A stretch of 60,178 nt of DNA, the filler included, from Sphacelaria rigidula (taxonomy: Eukaryota), in assembly GCA_964200075.2 (NCBI GenBank). It is 5 parts of 5 records of this genome, joined end to end, with 100 filler letters (N's around TTAATTAATTAA, not from the genome) between each part and the next. Parts side by side here need not be neighbours in the genome. Positions count along the whole stretch, not along the records: positions 36,169 to 48,124 come from CAXNAA020004293.1; positions 48,225 to 60,178 come from CAXNAA020004294.1; 3 more parts are not named here. One strand, given 5' to 3'. The notes beneath the pieces are model-generated. The model saw only the letters and a program-made list of their open reading frames with translations. It had not been told where the DNA came from and ran no database searches. Of the stretch, positions 37,591 through 50,292 are shown piece by piece (position 1 is the first letter of the stretch; the number at the start of each line of letters is the position of its first letter). The translations under genes were made by a program, and so were the position numbers.

Positions 37591-38740
37591 GCGAATGAGT
37601 CAATTTTGGGTGGAAAGCGAGAACAAACCAGTAACCCGAAGACAATGAGCAGCTGCGCTGGATCATGTGGTACATCATGCATGGAAGTAGATATCGCACA
37701 CACGTTCTCACTGCACGTGTAAATTGGTGTGTTGGCAGTGATCGCTTAGAATGAGTATACAAAAATGGTGAAAATTTGGATACTGTAACATTGAACGGGA
37801 AAGATCACACAAGTGTCGGTACATGACTCATCACCTTCTTCATATTGGCGACATCATAGGACGGCTCTGTGTGACTCATGGTCAGAAAGTCCTGGCTCGA
37901 ATCCCGGCTCCCATCAATTACATGTAACTTTACAGATTTCTCCACGTGAAACGGACAATAAAAGGTTATGATATTGGTGGGGGAACAAAACCTTGTGGGT
38001 GACTACGAGCAGGTAAATTTTCACAAACTCACGGAAACGTCTTCTGCAGGCATTCGTGATTTCGCAACCCCACACTCGTGCCGGAGACATGTGGAGAAAT
38101 ATACACGAAAATCCTCACCGCTAGCCGGAGGGAGAGGTCACCTCTGAAGAATTCTTCTCGCCAAAGAACGTATCATTCATGCAACGGTGAGGTTGCACAA
38201 AATAATTTCAGATTCAAATTGTTGGGTGCTCTTCATCTCATCCAAAAAACGACTTGCGAAATATAGGAGAGCACACCACGATTAGCAATACAATGGACTA
38301 GGGATCTCTCGAATAAACCTTTGAAACGTGAACGTCCTGACCCACATTCTTGTGCAACTCCTAACTTTAGGAGCTCCTCGATGAGCAACATCTGGGCCCC
38401 AATATGCAACCTCTACCGTGGCGTGTCTCGCATGAAGCCAATGAAAGAAGGCGGTGATGTGAATACTTCCACAGAAAAGGCAAATTTTCAAAAGTGCCCA
38501 TCGAGGGCTCATCACATTTTTCACAAAACCTGGGTCTTCCTTCGTTTGTGCCTCTGCGAACTTTGACTAGACTTCCCACTCCAGCTTGAACCAGCTGTGA
38601 CAATATCATTCCTCCTGGGACACCAGTGTGTGCGGCACATCAAGAGTTCACCAACCGAGCGAATCGCAACGATCTAGTGTTCGGCGTTGTCTGCATCAAT
38701 ACTTGAATATTGAAGAGGACCCGGGATTTTTTGCGGTACG

Positions 38741-41700
38741 CTAGGTCAAATCGTCTAAAAAATCAAACAAATCACCGTCGTCGGAGTCTTGTCTAATCTT
38801 CCCATCCTGCGGATCTCTCCCACCAGATAGCTCGTCGAGTGAAAATTCTCCATCTGATGGTGCAGGTCTAAATGATACGCTTATGTCCGACCGTTGGAGT
38901 TCCTTTGACTGTGCTGTAGGTAATTGATGGTGGGTGATATTCCCTACCCGTACTCGTGTTTCTGGAAGCTGCTCTTGGTCATCCTTGGCAACATCATGTA
39001 GGTCGATGAGCTGGTCGTCCGACAACTCATAGTCCAGGATCTCTGGGTCATTCACCGAGTGCCCATCAAATACTATGCTGTCGCTTCGCGTTTCTTCCTT
39101 GCCTGAATGCCCTTCAAGCAAAGAACCCCAAACTGACTCACTGTCGGATAGGTCGACGGAATATATGTTTACCTCCGAAGCTTCGTCGGGCACCTCGTGT
39201 AATTGATCGCTCTGCTCCTCGCTGTCACCCACTGGCTCGTCCAGCGATAGCTCGTCGAACGATGTCTTGTCCACAAAACGTCCATCGACTTTGTTCTTGT
39301 CGTCAAGTTGCACCTGCTCTCTTCCTGCCCGACTATCGATCGATGCTTCCCCGATCGTAACCTGCCCCACAAACTCCTCGGCCACCGATCGGATTTCGTC
39401 TAACGACTCCGCAGCGAGCAAGCTGTGCTCCGGCTGGTTCTCGTCGAAGTTGAAGTCATCTGCGGAATACCCATCGAGCGATTTGTCCATCTCCGGAGCT
39501 GCACCGAGTGTTTTCCCACCCTGACGTCGAAATTCCAGCTGTTGTTCGTCATCTGGATGCTGCTTGTCGAGCGACCGCTCGTCGAACGACCCTTTGTCCA
39601 GGGACGGTTCACGCATGCCGTTTTCTGCGTCAAACTGCACTCTCTCCCTGTCTGACCGGGTGTTAATCGATCCTCCCCCGAGCGGGATCTGCCCCACGAA
39701 CTCTTCAGCCACCGGTCGGATTTCGTCCAACGACTCTGCGACGAGCGAGCTGTGTTCCGGTTGGTCTTCGTCGAAGTTGAAGTCATCTGCGGAATACTGA
39801 TCCAGCGATTTGTACACCTCCGGAGCTGTACCAAGTGTTTTCCCATCCTGACCTTGAAATTCTGGGTGTTGTTCGTCATCTGGATGCTGTTTGTCGAGCG
39901 ACCGCTCGTCGAACGACCCTTTGTCCAGGGACGGTTCATTCATGCCATTTCCGGTGTCAAACTGCACTCTCTCCCTGTCTGACCGGGTGTTTATCGATCC
40001 TCCCCCGAGCGGGATCTGCCCTACAAACTCCTCGGCCACCGATCGGATTTCGTCCAACGACTCTGCGGCGAGCAGACTGTGTTTCCGTTGGTCCTCGTTG
40101 CAGTCATCTGCGGAATACTGATCCAGCGATCTACCCACCTCCGGGGCTGCACCGAGTGTTTTCTCATCCTGACCTTGAAATTCCAGCTGTTGTTCGTCAT
40201 CTGGATGCTGCTTGTCGAGCGACCGCTCGTCGAACGACCCTTTGTCCAGGGACGGTTCATGCATGCCATTTCCGGTGTCAAACTGCACTCTCTCCTGGTC
40301 TGACCGGGTGTTTATCGATCCTCCCCCGAGCGGGATCTGCCCCACGAACTCTTCAGCCACCGGTCGGATTTCGTCCAACGACTCTGCGGCGAGCAGACTA
40401 TGTTTCCGCTGGTCCTCGTCAAGGTTGAAGTCATCGTCGGAGTAGACTCGACGTGGACTGCCGTCATCGAAACCGCTGTCACGGACTCGATGTTGGCTTG
40501 TCCGTGCTTGGCCCTTTCTCAAAGATTTATCACGTTGTGTTTCTTCATGCATTTGAACTTCTGACTGCCTGTTGTCATCACACATATTTTCGTTGAGCGA
40601 CAGCTCGTCGAAAGACCCTTTGCGAGCAGACGTGTCCTCCATCCCATTTTTACCGAATATGATCCGCTCCCCCTTTGTTGCACCATCGATCGATCTCCAT
40701 CCAAATGAGGTCTGTCCCACCACGTCCTCCGCCATCGGCCGGATTTCACCGCAGGGTTCGACATTCAGTGACCCTGCGGTAGGTAAACTGTCCTCCGGTT
40801 GGTGGTCGTCGAAATGAAGGCCACGCGAGGAGTTGACATCGCGCGAGTCCTTATCGCCCACATCTTCCTGCCGAACTGTGGGCGCTTTGCCAAGGTTTTC
40901 TCGGGGCAGGGGTCTCTCGTCGAATTGACATCTTTCGTGGGTGTGAGGTCTTGCATCGAGGGCCTTCTCACTTAGTCGCGATGGTGAATCGTTGGTCGAT
41001 ATCTCATAAGCTGTCCGATTGTCTGCGGAGTTTTTGCAAACACTTGAGGGGCGGATGGCGAGTTGATCCGTGGGTATTCGGGAAATGGTTGGGTTGCCAG
41101 AAGCGGCAACTTTCCCGATAGACGGCTCTCGACTCAACTCGTCTACCAATATTTCGTCAAAAAAGCCTTCGCCGGATCCTGCCGTGTGCACACTACCAGT
41201 TTCAAGCTCGTGCGCTGTCGCGGATGCAGTGCCCGTTGAGCCACACTTGCCGTTGCCCGCTGTGACAACATTAGGCTCATCATTCGTGACAGTGATTCGC
41301 GTAGCGTCTACATCGCTGGATATTGCATCTCCGACGTCGTGTCTATCGACCCTAACCTTCAATACGTTTCGACGGGTGTCGTTCATGTCGAGCACCCCAG
41401 GACCGTGTGGGGCTTCCGCCGAACCTGTGCTGCTAACGAGGCTCATCCAGGACTTTCGCGACGAACTTGCGAAAGTGCTTTGAGTTTTATTGCTCTTTCC
41501 ACCAACTGTACCCGTGCGGCTGCTGCTTGAAGACGACAGCGCCATGTCAAACAGAGAAGACTCGCGGTCGGATGACCACGTGGCGGAAGATTTCCCGGCC
41601 CCTCGTAGATCTGAACATATCGCTGGCCGAGCACTTTGGGGCCTCGATTTTCGCCCGGAGGGCGGGCGAGACACGGGCACAACACGCTTCTCTGCTTCTG

Positions 41701-43413
41701 GCTTCAATGCCTCAATGGAATCCGTGGCGCTGTCACGCGAGGATATAGCTACGTCGAAGATAGAAGACCCACTTGCTGATGCAGGCTCAGAACGAGTTGC
41801 TGAGAACTGAGTATACTCCTCATCGAATGAAAGCGAGAGGCTGTTGCCTGTTGCCTTCGCCGAATCTTCACCCGCTGCGATAGCAGTCGTTTTTATTTGC
41901 TCTTCATTGCTCCTATCACTGGTGCGAGGATCGCCAGTGCCATCGGTGACACGATCATCTCCACTTCTTTCATGTGTAGGCCTTCCGAGTGGTGCGTCCC
42001 GACTCGCGATGCCGTCTAGATGCTGATCGCGATCTAGTACTGGAGCCTCTACTTGTGCGTTGTCGAATGCTGACCTCTTCTCTGATGATGACCGTTCTCC
42101 CTCCCACGCCTCAAAGTCCGACTCGTAGGAACCGTGCACGCTTTTCACGTCAAAATCGTCGCTGTATTCATTCTCATCGACGATTTTTTCAGTACTGCCG
42201 TCACCTGATGATTTCGACGGCGTCACTATCTTCGGGCGACGCCGGGTGAGCTTTCGTCGTTGTGCGTTTGACGCGCCTACTCGTTTTCGACGTTGCCGCA
42301 CCGGTGATGATGAGCCCTCATCTTCTGTTGACATACCGATCAAGATTGCCTCCGCCACATTTTCATGCACCCTACCTCTCTTGCTCCTCTCCACACTGCT
42401 CGCCGGTGAGAACGACTGCCCGTCGACCGTCACGCGACTGCATTTTCTCCGCGCCCCGAAAGCTGACGTAGGACGAATTCTCGTTCTGCCGTCTGCACAT
42501 TTACCGTTTCTCCTCTTTTCTCGCCGCCGGTTCGGCCTCTCGCCTATCTTCTTGGGTGCATAGCTCGCACGGCCCGCATCCCTTATATGTGTCTGGCAGT
42601 GCGGCGCAGACTTTGCCCTTGGTGTTCGCTCTACCGTAGCTTTCGAGTCCCCGCGCGAAGGAGGCCTCGAGAACAATGCGGCCCGGACACCAGCCGGCGA
42701 CCTTCCGCACTTTCCACGCATGCGTGTTACAGTACTCCTTGCCCTCGCGGTGACCGCTCGCCCCTCCACCCGAGCCGTTATTGCCACACGCTCTCCACCA
42801 TCCAAGGGAGTTTTAAGACCAGCCCGTGCACTACTAACCCCGGCATGCCTTGTGTCCTCTCGAGGCACATCGCTACTCCTCGCCAGGGGGGACATGTTCG
42901 GTTGATTGCGTCCCTGTCTGCGTTGACCACCGACATCGTGGGACTGCATAGCGCGATCCCTTTCAACAACTTGACGACTGTCGCCGCATGCGCGTTCAGT
43001 AGACGTTGCGGGGCGTCGACGTCTCTTTTTCTTTCGCCGACGCCGGTGAGCCTTGCTTCTGTTGTGCCCAACGTTGTCTCTAAGATCTGCAGCTAGCTGC
43101 GCAGTCACCGTCCAGCACGCCTTTCGGGAGGCCGTAGCCCGCATCAGCCGCTTCACTACCGAAAGTTGTGCCTCCAATTCTCTTCGTTCATCGGCAAGTC
43201 TTCTGAGTTCCATAACTCGGGCCCGCTGTGCCGACGATGTCTCCGTCTCAACCTGTCTGCGTCTAAATCCTGCCGTTGAGGGTCGGCGAGGAGTGGGCTC
43301 CTGCGGCATAGTACTAACTCTGGCCAGATTCCCTTCCGACATAATATGCTCCATGGATACACCCGATGCTCGGCCCTTGCGACCATCTGTACCGTTGGGA
43401 TGGGCTGCATTTT
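38741..43413 (-). CDS. Very large terminal exon of a disordered protein (Arg-rich N-terminal half, acidic repeat-containing C-terminal half)
   Basis: 1566-aa ORF; pyrimidine tract and CAG acceptor at 43414-43416; ends DLFDFLDDLT-stop; no recognisable globular domain. Confidence 0.85.
39340..40440 (-). repeat. Coding tandem repeat, periods 327/321/327 nt (109/107/109 aa)
   Basis: Anchor agtcatc at 39454, 39781, 40102 and 40429; unit ...HSLLAAESLDEIRxVAEEFVGQIPLGGGSINTRSD...PSLDKGSFDERSLDKQHPDDEQ...; a degenerate copy lies at ~40580-40760. Confidence 0.95.
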
Positions 43414-43894
43414 CTGCCGTGAGCGGAAAATGTGGGAGCATAGGAAAACACAGAAGCGCATGGCCGGTCGATTGCAGTGTTCAGCAGGCTTGAAAGCGAC
43501 AGGAGGGGCTCTTCAACAGGTAGCTGCGAAGAGTGCGTAGCGCGGTACGTGGGCTGAGGCTGCGGCGAGCCGGGAGAGAAGACGTTCAGGCACACGTGAA
43601 TGACAATGTCCCTCGACACCATTTCATCCGGCTTCCGCGCACTCTGTGGGATACCATTGAGCGAACGATGCCGGGTACCACAGTTCTGTGAGAAAGTTAC
43701 GATTTTGCCATGTTACATGTTCAGCACGCCCATGGTCCACAACCGATTTTGAAAAGCATATAACGGCGCTGAACTGTCGGCGGGGCCGTATTGCACTCCG
43801 ACCTATTTGCTCTCCTTGAAATATCTCGGAATCCGTGAGGGGGCAATTCAGCAAGCCATGTACTCAATGCTAAAAATATTCACAACGTCTCTAC

Positions 43895-44039
43895 CTTCGG
43901 CCCACCGCCATGTAAACGCGTTCGCAGGTCGAGAATATCGCTTCTCGTCCCTCGACGCGGGCCGACACGGTGTTTGCCGCCCATCCGCAAAGTCGTCCAC
44001 GGATCGCTCTCTGGTGTTCGTGAAGGAAAACGCAGAAAC
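43895..44039 (-). CDS. Candidate internal exon of the contig 4 gene
   Basis: TAG acceptor, GTAGAG donor, 145 nt, phase 0-1, open (VSAFSFTNTRERSVDDF...); phases link 45016 to 43413. Confidence 0.4.
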
Positions 44040-45015
44040 CTAGACTCAGAATTACATCGAAAATACCACGTGAAGGGGTTGGGGGTACAGTTTGGTACTC
44101 TCGAAATGCGTCTGCTGTATCAACTACCGAGGTGTGTCGATGACTCGCATCCTTGGAGTTTTGAAGAAGCGACACACATGTCCAGGATCTCTTCTGGAGG
44201 GATGGAAGCGCCCATACGATAGACGGGAAAATGGGGTGGTCGAAGTACTTGTGAACCCAACTGTTGGAATCGGCACGTCGTCGCTAAAGTAAAAGAAGCA
44301 AGTTGTATACAAGCTTGTTCACGCTCATCACCCAAAGCTCACTACTCAGCGAATGCCTTCCGCAATCCCTCCCCGATAGCCGCATACATGGTATCATACT
44401 GAGCAAACTTGGAAGTTTGGTAGGTATTGCTTCTCCAAATGGAAAAGAGCACTGTTGGGTAATATTTCAAGTTTTATTCGCTCTTGACCAGCTCCCGCGG
44501 GTCCCGGCGTGAAAACTAACAGGAGCGGATACAAGAAGAGGAAAGTATAGTGGATTCGCGTCCCGAGGTAGTCAAAGGGATACCTGTACAAAATCTCGTT
44601 ACTAAACTCGTAATACTGATGCAATGTGGACATTTTCATCCTCAATGTACCCGAAAGGTTGGTGTTTACATTAAAATCAAGTAGATAGGAATGTGTGCCT
44701 CTTGAGCGCACTTCATCGCACACAAGCGAAAAACATCACGCCGGGTCTTGGAGTTAGACTCTGAAACTCTGTCCACAAAAACTATGGGGGGGGGGGGGGT
44801 TTGTTCAATTTTGTTTCATTTCGTCGGCTATTGAGGATGCCACACATCAGTGGGGGAAAAAATCGACAGATCCCCAACATCAAAGTTTTCGTAATGCCCC
44901 GTACTATATGGGTGCACAGTTTCAGAGTCAAACTCCGGAAAACGACGTGAAGTTTTACGGGTGAGTAGATTCTGGGTGACGAGCGTGAACAAGCCTGTAC
45001 GCGTACGGATTAAAC

Positions 45016-45618
45016 CTTTTGTTCTCCTCTCCGCTCCGGTAAGTTTGGCGACCGACGATACCGTCGTCTTGGTGGAGGGGCAGTGGCTCGACGGCCTTCC
45101 ATCGAAAGCAGTCGCCTTACATTCCATATCGACCCACTCCCTCCCGCCGCCGCAGATTCTGCACGCCTTGGTGACCGCCGTCGGGGACTGCCGATCCCGC
45201 TGGCGCTGTATACGTCAATGGCGCGCTCGTTGGCTGCTTGGCGATTTTCTTTCGGGTGAGCACCCGTCGGTCTTTTCGGTGATCCGGGCAACTGCGTGCC
45301 GGCAACTCCATTCGCAACGTTAGAGCGTTGTCGAAACCTGGGGCTCCAGGCACGCGGAGAGGTCTGAGATGCCTGCACTACAGCTTGATTGGTGTCAGCT
45401 GGCAAGAGCGCATGTTTCTCGACCGCTACTACTTCAGAGTCTTGCGGTTCCAGGAGCAGATTGGAGAACGAGCTGGAGGCCGCGTTCTCTTCACTTGTGA
45501 CTGCTCTTTGCTTGTCTCGCTCGTCCAGCTCTGCGAGCAACGCGGCCCGTCGTCGCTGCACTTCTTTCAAGCGGGTGGCACGGTCGAGTGATGTATCCTC
45601 GTGGAATCTGCCCGCCAT
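45016..45618 (-). CDS. Probable first or upstream coding exon of the contig 4 gene (short coiled coil plus Ser/Arg/Pro-rich region)
   Basis: 202-aa ORF MAGRFHEDTSLDRATRLKEVQRRRAALLAELDERDKQR..., same strand and composition as the 1566-aa ORF; weak donor AAG/GTTTAA near its end. Confidence 0.6.
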
Positions 45619-46264
45619 CGCCCTGTCATGCGAAATGGATTCGGAGGAGCAAGTGGTATATTATTTACAGTTGCTGCCGCGTATACTTTATATTAATTGT
45701 GTAGCATGCATATTCATCTTGCGACGAGATACCAGTTACCGTTTGTACTTGGTATGACAATTGCCGGTGCTTGAGGCAACGACTGAAGCAACGCAATATG
45801 CTGGTATTCCCAGCCAGCCAAACCAATGGGTACATGGTTTCCTCTCCGTCATCCGTACAAACTGGATCAGCCTAAAAAGGGGTTTCAACTGTCACAGCCA
45901 TGTCTCATCGTCGTTGACGAACTGGGCCGTGATCCGCACATCCTGTTCGTCGTCTGATCAAGGGACAGATGCCCATCTACTCAACAGCCGGGTCAGATGT
46001 CTGCTGGTTGGTTAAACGCCATACCGAGTAAATCCCGTGGCGTATGGAGATATCTCGATACCAAAGGCTACACGAAACTCCGTCACGACATAACCAGCGA
46101 ATGATGCTAGTTATGATGTGAATATTCCTCGAGGCACAGAGGAACCATCGATACCGTCACCTCCACACAACTAGTCATTTATGGGGAAATATGGCACGTA
46201 AAATGCCCTATACTAAATTCAACGTATTGCGCTAGATGCACTAGATCTGAATTCGGTATCCCAA

Positions 46265-46965
46265 TGTTGAGGGGTGTGCTTTTTAACTTGATGTGGACAA
46301 CCGCAGGAGCGTTGAAAAAGAAGTTACGTCAAAACAACGAGGGTTCCCTTCAGATTCTCTTCATGAGTTGAGGCCGTTTTTGTGAAAAATTGTGCTTGAG
46401 ATCGTTTTTTACTGTCGCTGTTCTTCATTTTATTCTTCAGTTTTGAGACACTTGACCCAGTTCTTGTCCCTTCAAACTGGGAATATCGCCATCACATGTC
46501 TTAGGCGCTTTGCATCACCCTACCGAGAGGAGTCTAGCCCACTCTTCCGACTCGCTTGGCTCCGAGATTTCGAGATGGCCTCTGAACAAAAATCAATCTC
46601 GAGCACGATGTCATAATATTGACAAGTCACGACAGAAACCTGCAGACCCCGTACTTCTTAATGTGCAGTTGGGTTATGGTTCGGAGGACATTCTCGAACC
46701 TCGAAGTCAGGGGGATCGGAAAAGCGGGCTAGACTCCTCAATATGGTGATGCAAAGTGTCCGAGACAAGTGATGATCATATTTCCTCTTTGGGGGCCAAA
46801 AACTGGGTCAAGAGTCTCAGAACTGAAGAATAAAATAAACCTAACGACCGTAAGTAGCAGTCTAACCCATGAAAAAAGTTAGAATAGTTCTCAACGTTTT
46901 GGCGTAAATGTTCTTATTGTTCCCTTGTGATTCTCCGCACCGAATTTCAAGCACACTTCTCGAAA
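46265..46965. mobile_element. Foldback-type long inverted repeat
   Basis: 46427-46575 is the diverged reverse complement of 46693-46835 (tttattcttcagttttgagacacttgacccagtt / aactgggtcaagagtctcagaactgaagaataaa); weaker similarity extends outward, so the ends are approximate. Confidence 0.7.
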
Positions 46966-48124
46966 CTGAGCTGCTGAATCGCCTACAACCCACAGTTGCG
47001 TTTGTAGACTGGCTCAGCGTAGTGGGCAGTATCTCAAAGAAGCCCGGACAATTTCGTTGTCGCACTGACTGGCTGTAGCAATTCGATGCTCACAACTGTA
47101 CCAGTACGAAAAGCTCTGACATTTCCATATCAATTCATATAATCAAAACGGTTGTGACAAGCTGAGAGAAATTGCTCCCTTCGGTTCGGTCAGACGTGAA
47201 AAAAACGATGTCATAGTTTTGACAAACATCTCTGGAATTTGCATAGAGCGATTGATACAGAGCCTAAGTGAAATACGTCCGCTCATGTTCGGATTCCAAC
47301 TTCCTTCCTAAAAACCGCTTTCCAGGTTGAAAAATGCGGAATTCCATTCGAAGAAAACTCTCTGTGCTCGGCAAAGGTTTCTTAGAGCTCGCAAGAACTG
47401 TGGCATCGGTTTTTCTTACACCTGACGGGAGCCGGGGAAAGGGCATGTTCTCAGCTTTTGACAGCTGTTTTGATTCTATGGGATGAGATTGAAACATCAC
47501 AGCTTTTCGTGCTTTTACAATTGTATGCATCGAGTTGCTACATGCAGTTCGTGCGACAACGAAATTGTCCGGGCTTCTTTGAGCTGCTGCTGACTACGCT
47601 GCTTGAAGGCTAGCTCGACAAAGTACCTCGAGCAAGACGTTCCTAGTCAACGCTTGACGGTCTGGGACACAAACGAAACGGCAAGTGGTTAATAATAGAG
47701 CGCCGTTGTCCCTGTTGAGACTATTTTTTGCCTCAGCTTGTGATGACCTCCTCAGAGTCAAATTCGGAAGAAGCACAAACACACCCCTGCGCACCGACCG
47801 ACTGAGAATCAGATAGCTCATGGATTACAGTATGTCAGCCCCGGTATGGGTTGCGCCAGCAACAGCCAAGTCACCGCCATGAGTATTTTTTTTCATCCCG
47901 CATGCCAAGAAAGTTTTCACGAGTGTTTGATCCACCATACATCCCCCCAACTGGCATCTGCAAGACTCTTGTCCTTGTGCCAAACGTGAGGCAATATCAA
48001 CGATGATAATAACAACACCCCCCCCCCCGACAAGGTGGCATGAAATCGTTTGATACATTAGACAGTAGGGAGAAAACGATGGCTATACTAGGAGATATAT
48101 GGTGGCCACTTACGGCGAAACAGG

Positions 48125-48224
48125 NNNNNNNNNNNNNNNNNNNNNNNNNNNNNNNNNNNNNNNNNNNNTTAATTAATTAANNNNNNNNNNNNNNNNNNNN
48201 NNNNNNNNNNNNNNNNNNNNNNNN
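48125..48224. other. Artificial contig linker
   Basis: N44-TTAATTAATTAA-N44. Confidence 0.99.
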
Positions 48225-48701
48225 GACCTCGTGTCACCCCTGGCCTAGCATGTCCTTCGAGAGTGAAGCTAGTATCACCTCGTGATCAGACCACGACATG
48301 ACTCTTGGTACCTGAGGGAAATTGGCCACTTTAGGTTCGGCCAAACGTGCGAAGATACTGTCGAACGGCACTACCAAACTCTACCGGCATTGACATAGGC
48401 CAGATAGTACAGAATGGAACAGAAATCGACAGTTTAGGGTTCTTTTGAGAAAGCAACGGGCATGAAACGGTTTGCATGTGAGGCAACGCGGATTTTCATA
48501 CAGGAAAAACTCTGTTCTCGCGTGAGTGGTACATGCACTCGAAAAACCTCTGTCATTGTTCTTTCATACTTGGCGGGAGGACGGGGAAGCCACATTTCCT
48601 CAGGTACCAAGAGTCATTTCAATTATGTGGACGTTGTCCAGAAAATCGAAGTGTTTTGTTTCTGTAGCTGTTTCGAAATTCGGTACATGTCCTTACGGTG
48701 G

Positions 48702-49502
48702 GTGACCTCTCTGCAGACGGTAGTCAGTAGAGTAGAAGCTAGCTATGATCGCCGCACTGCCGCCAGCGTTGCTTGAAAGCCACAAGACCTTTGCGGTCGG
48801 CGGTTGATGGCGTGGGTGTCAAATGCAACGACAAGTGGTTGATCATAGAGCACTCTTGTTGCTCCTCGTGGGATCATATCTCGCTCCGGTTGGTAATGCA
48901 TGACCTCCTCACATCGGAATTTAATCTGGGAAGCTACTGTACCGAGGTGTTCACGCAGCCAGAGTGTGCTCGAGATTGCAGCATTGACGCACCCCTCTGC
49001 ACCACGCTACCAACAGTTAGGTCACCACCATAGATAGTTATCTTTTTTCACTCCGCGTGTCAAAAAGGTCTCCACAAGTGCTCTCTCACACACACACCCC
49101 AACTGGCCTGTGGCACGCTCTTGTGGCCGGGCACCTTGATGGTCACGTGTCGGTTAAAATCAACGATGAATAATACCCCAAGTTCAAATTGGATCTGTTG
49201 TTATTGCGTCAGCCCCGCCCTTGCTAGCATGTGTGTGACAGAGAACAGTAGTAGCGCTGACGGGAACGTTGCCCTGTTTTTTAACGACATGCTTTTCAGC
49301 GCACAGAGGCGAGTCCTGTCCAGAAAGAGAGGCAGAGAGAAATCGATCTTCGCATTGGTGAGCTCCACAGACAAGACGAGAAGAGATCTCTCCGCAGCTC
49401 GATGTTTTTTGGGGGAGCTGTGCGCAGCAGTATAATAACATGCCTACCGGCACATGAGAAATCGGGTACATGCTGGTAACATCCATGATGCCAGTCTCTC
49501 GA
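48702..49502. repeat. Dispersed repeat, reverse-complement homologue of 12057-12790
   Basis: Colinear similarity over ~750 bp; no conserved ORF evident. Confidence 0.8.
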
Positions 49503-49925
49503 GCGATTGGTAATCGCCGAACGAGGACACACGAAGAACATGGGCGAGGAGCTTCCTCTCTGTCGTTGCTCCTCTCTCTGGTGATATCGTCATCGACACG
49601 CGTGTACACCGCATTCGTTGGGTGCACCTCGCCATAACTGATTCACTGCTGCAGAGTTTCGGGGGGAAATATGGTTTCGCTCTGTGTAACTGTTTCGCGT
49701 CATCCCTGCGAAACAAAATGCCACTTGAACCTCATTTTAGATATCGATCCCGATTTTCCAGGATCCATTATATGATAGACCGTTTCACGTGTGAGTTTCG
49801 GGTACACACATCCCACCTACAGTTCGCAGGAAACGTATTGACATTTTGCTTGACCACGAGGTGCTCATTCCCAGTCCAAGCATGACGATATATATAATCT
49901 GCGTCTTGATTATTGCGCACCACTA

Positions 49926-50292
49926 GGCGGTCGCCCCGACGGCTCAGTTGGTAAACTCGGAACTCTCCGACGGTTGGGTCATGGATTTGAATCTCGGTGC
50001 AGTTACAAGTTCTAGGATTTTCGCTCACACCATGCCTAACAGGGGAGAGTGACGATGTGGTGGGTACACAAAAATTCGATATCATGGTCGACGAGGAAAA
50101 GGCACCGCCGAACCTCTCTCGTGATAAAAAATAAGGCAAGTACCGCAGAAGGACATTGGAGTCTGAAACAAAAAAAAAGAGCTCCTGTGCTGGCCTTCCT
50201 CCACTCTGACCGCAGATGATGCGCCCACATATACCGAAAGGTGTAGACTGGCGTCCAGAATAGATGTGATAACACACACACGCACACACACG
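49926..50292 (+). mobile_element. tRNA-derived SINE-like element, uninterrupted copy with (CA)n tail
   Basis: ggcggtcgccccgacggctcagttggta head, degenerate B box, body homologous to 26881-27119, followed by an (AC)n run. Confidence 0.75.

Noticed and set aside
37845-37915. tRNA-Met-like sequence (gactcatggtc...gctcgaatcccggctccc)
   Set aside because: B box is mutated and D-arm and acceptor pairing are poor; at most a degenerate relic.
37200-44950. Direct repeats around the 1566-aa ORF as LTRs or ends of a cargo-carrying element
   Set aside because: Copies are strongly diverged, lack TG...CA ends, and one lies within a probable intron of the gene; independent insertions are more likely.
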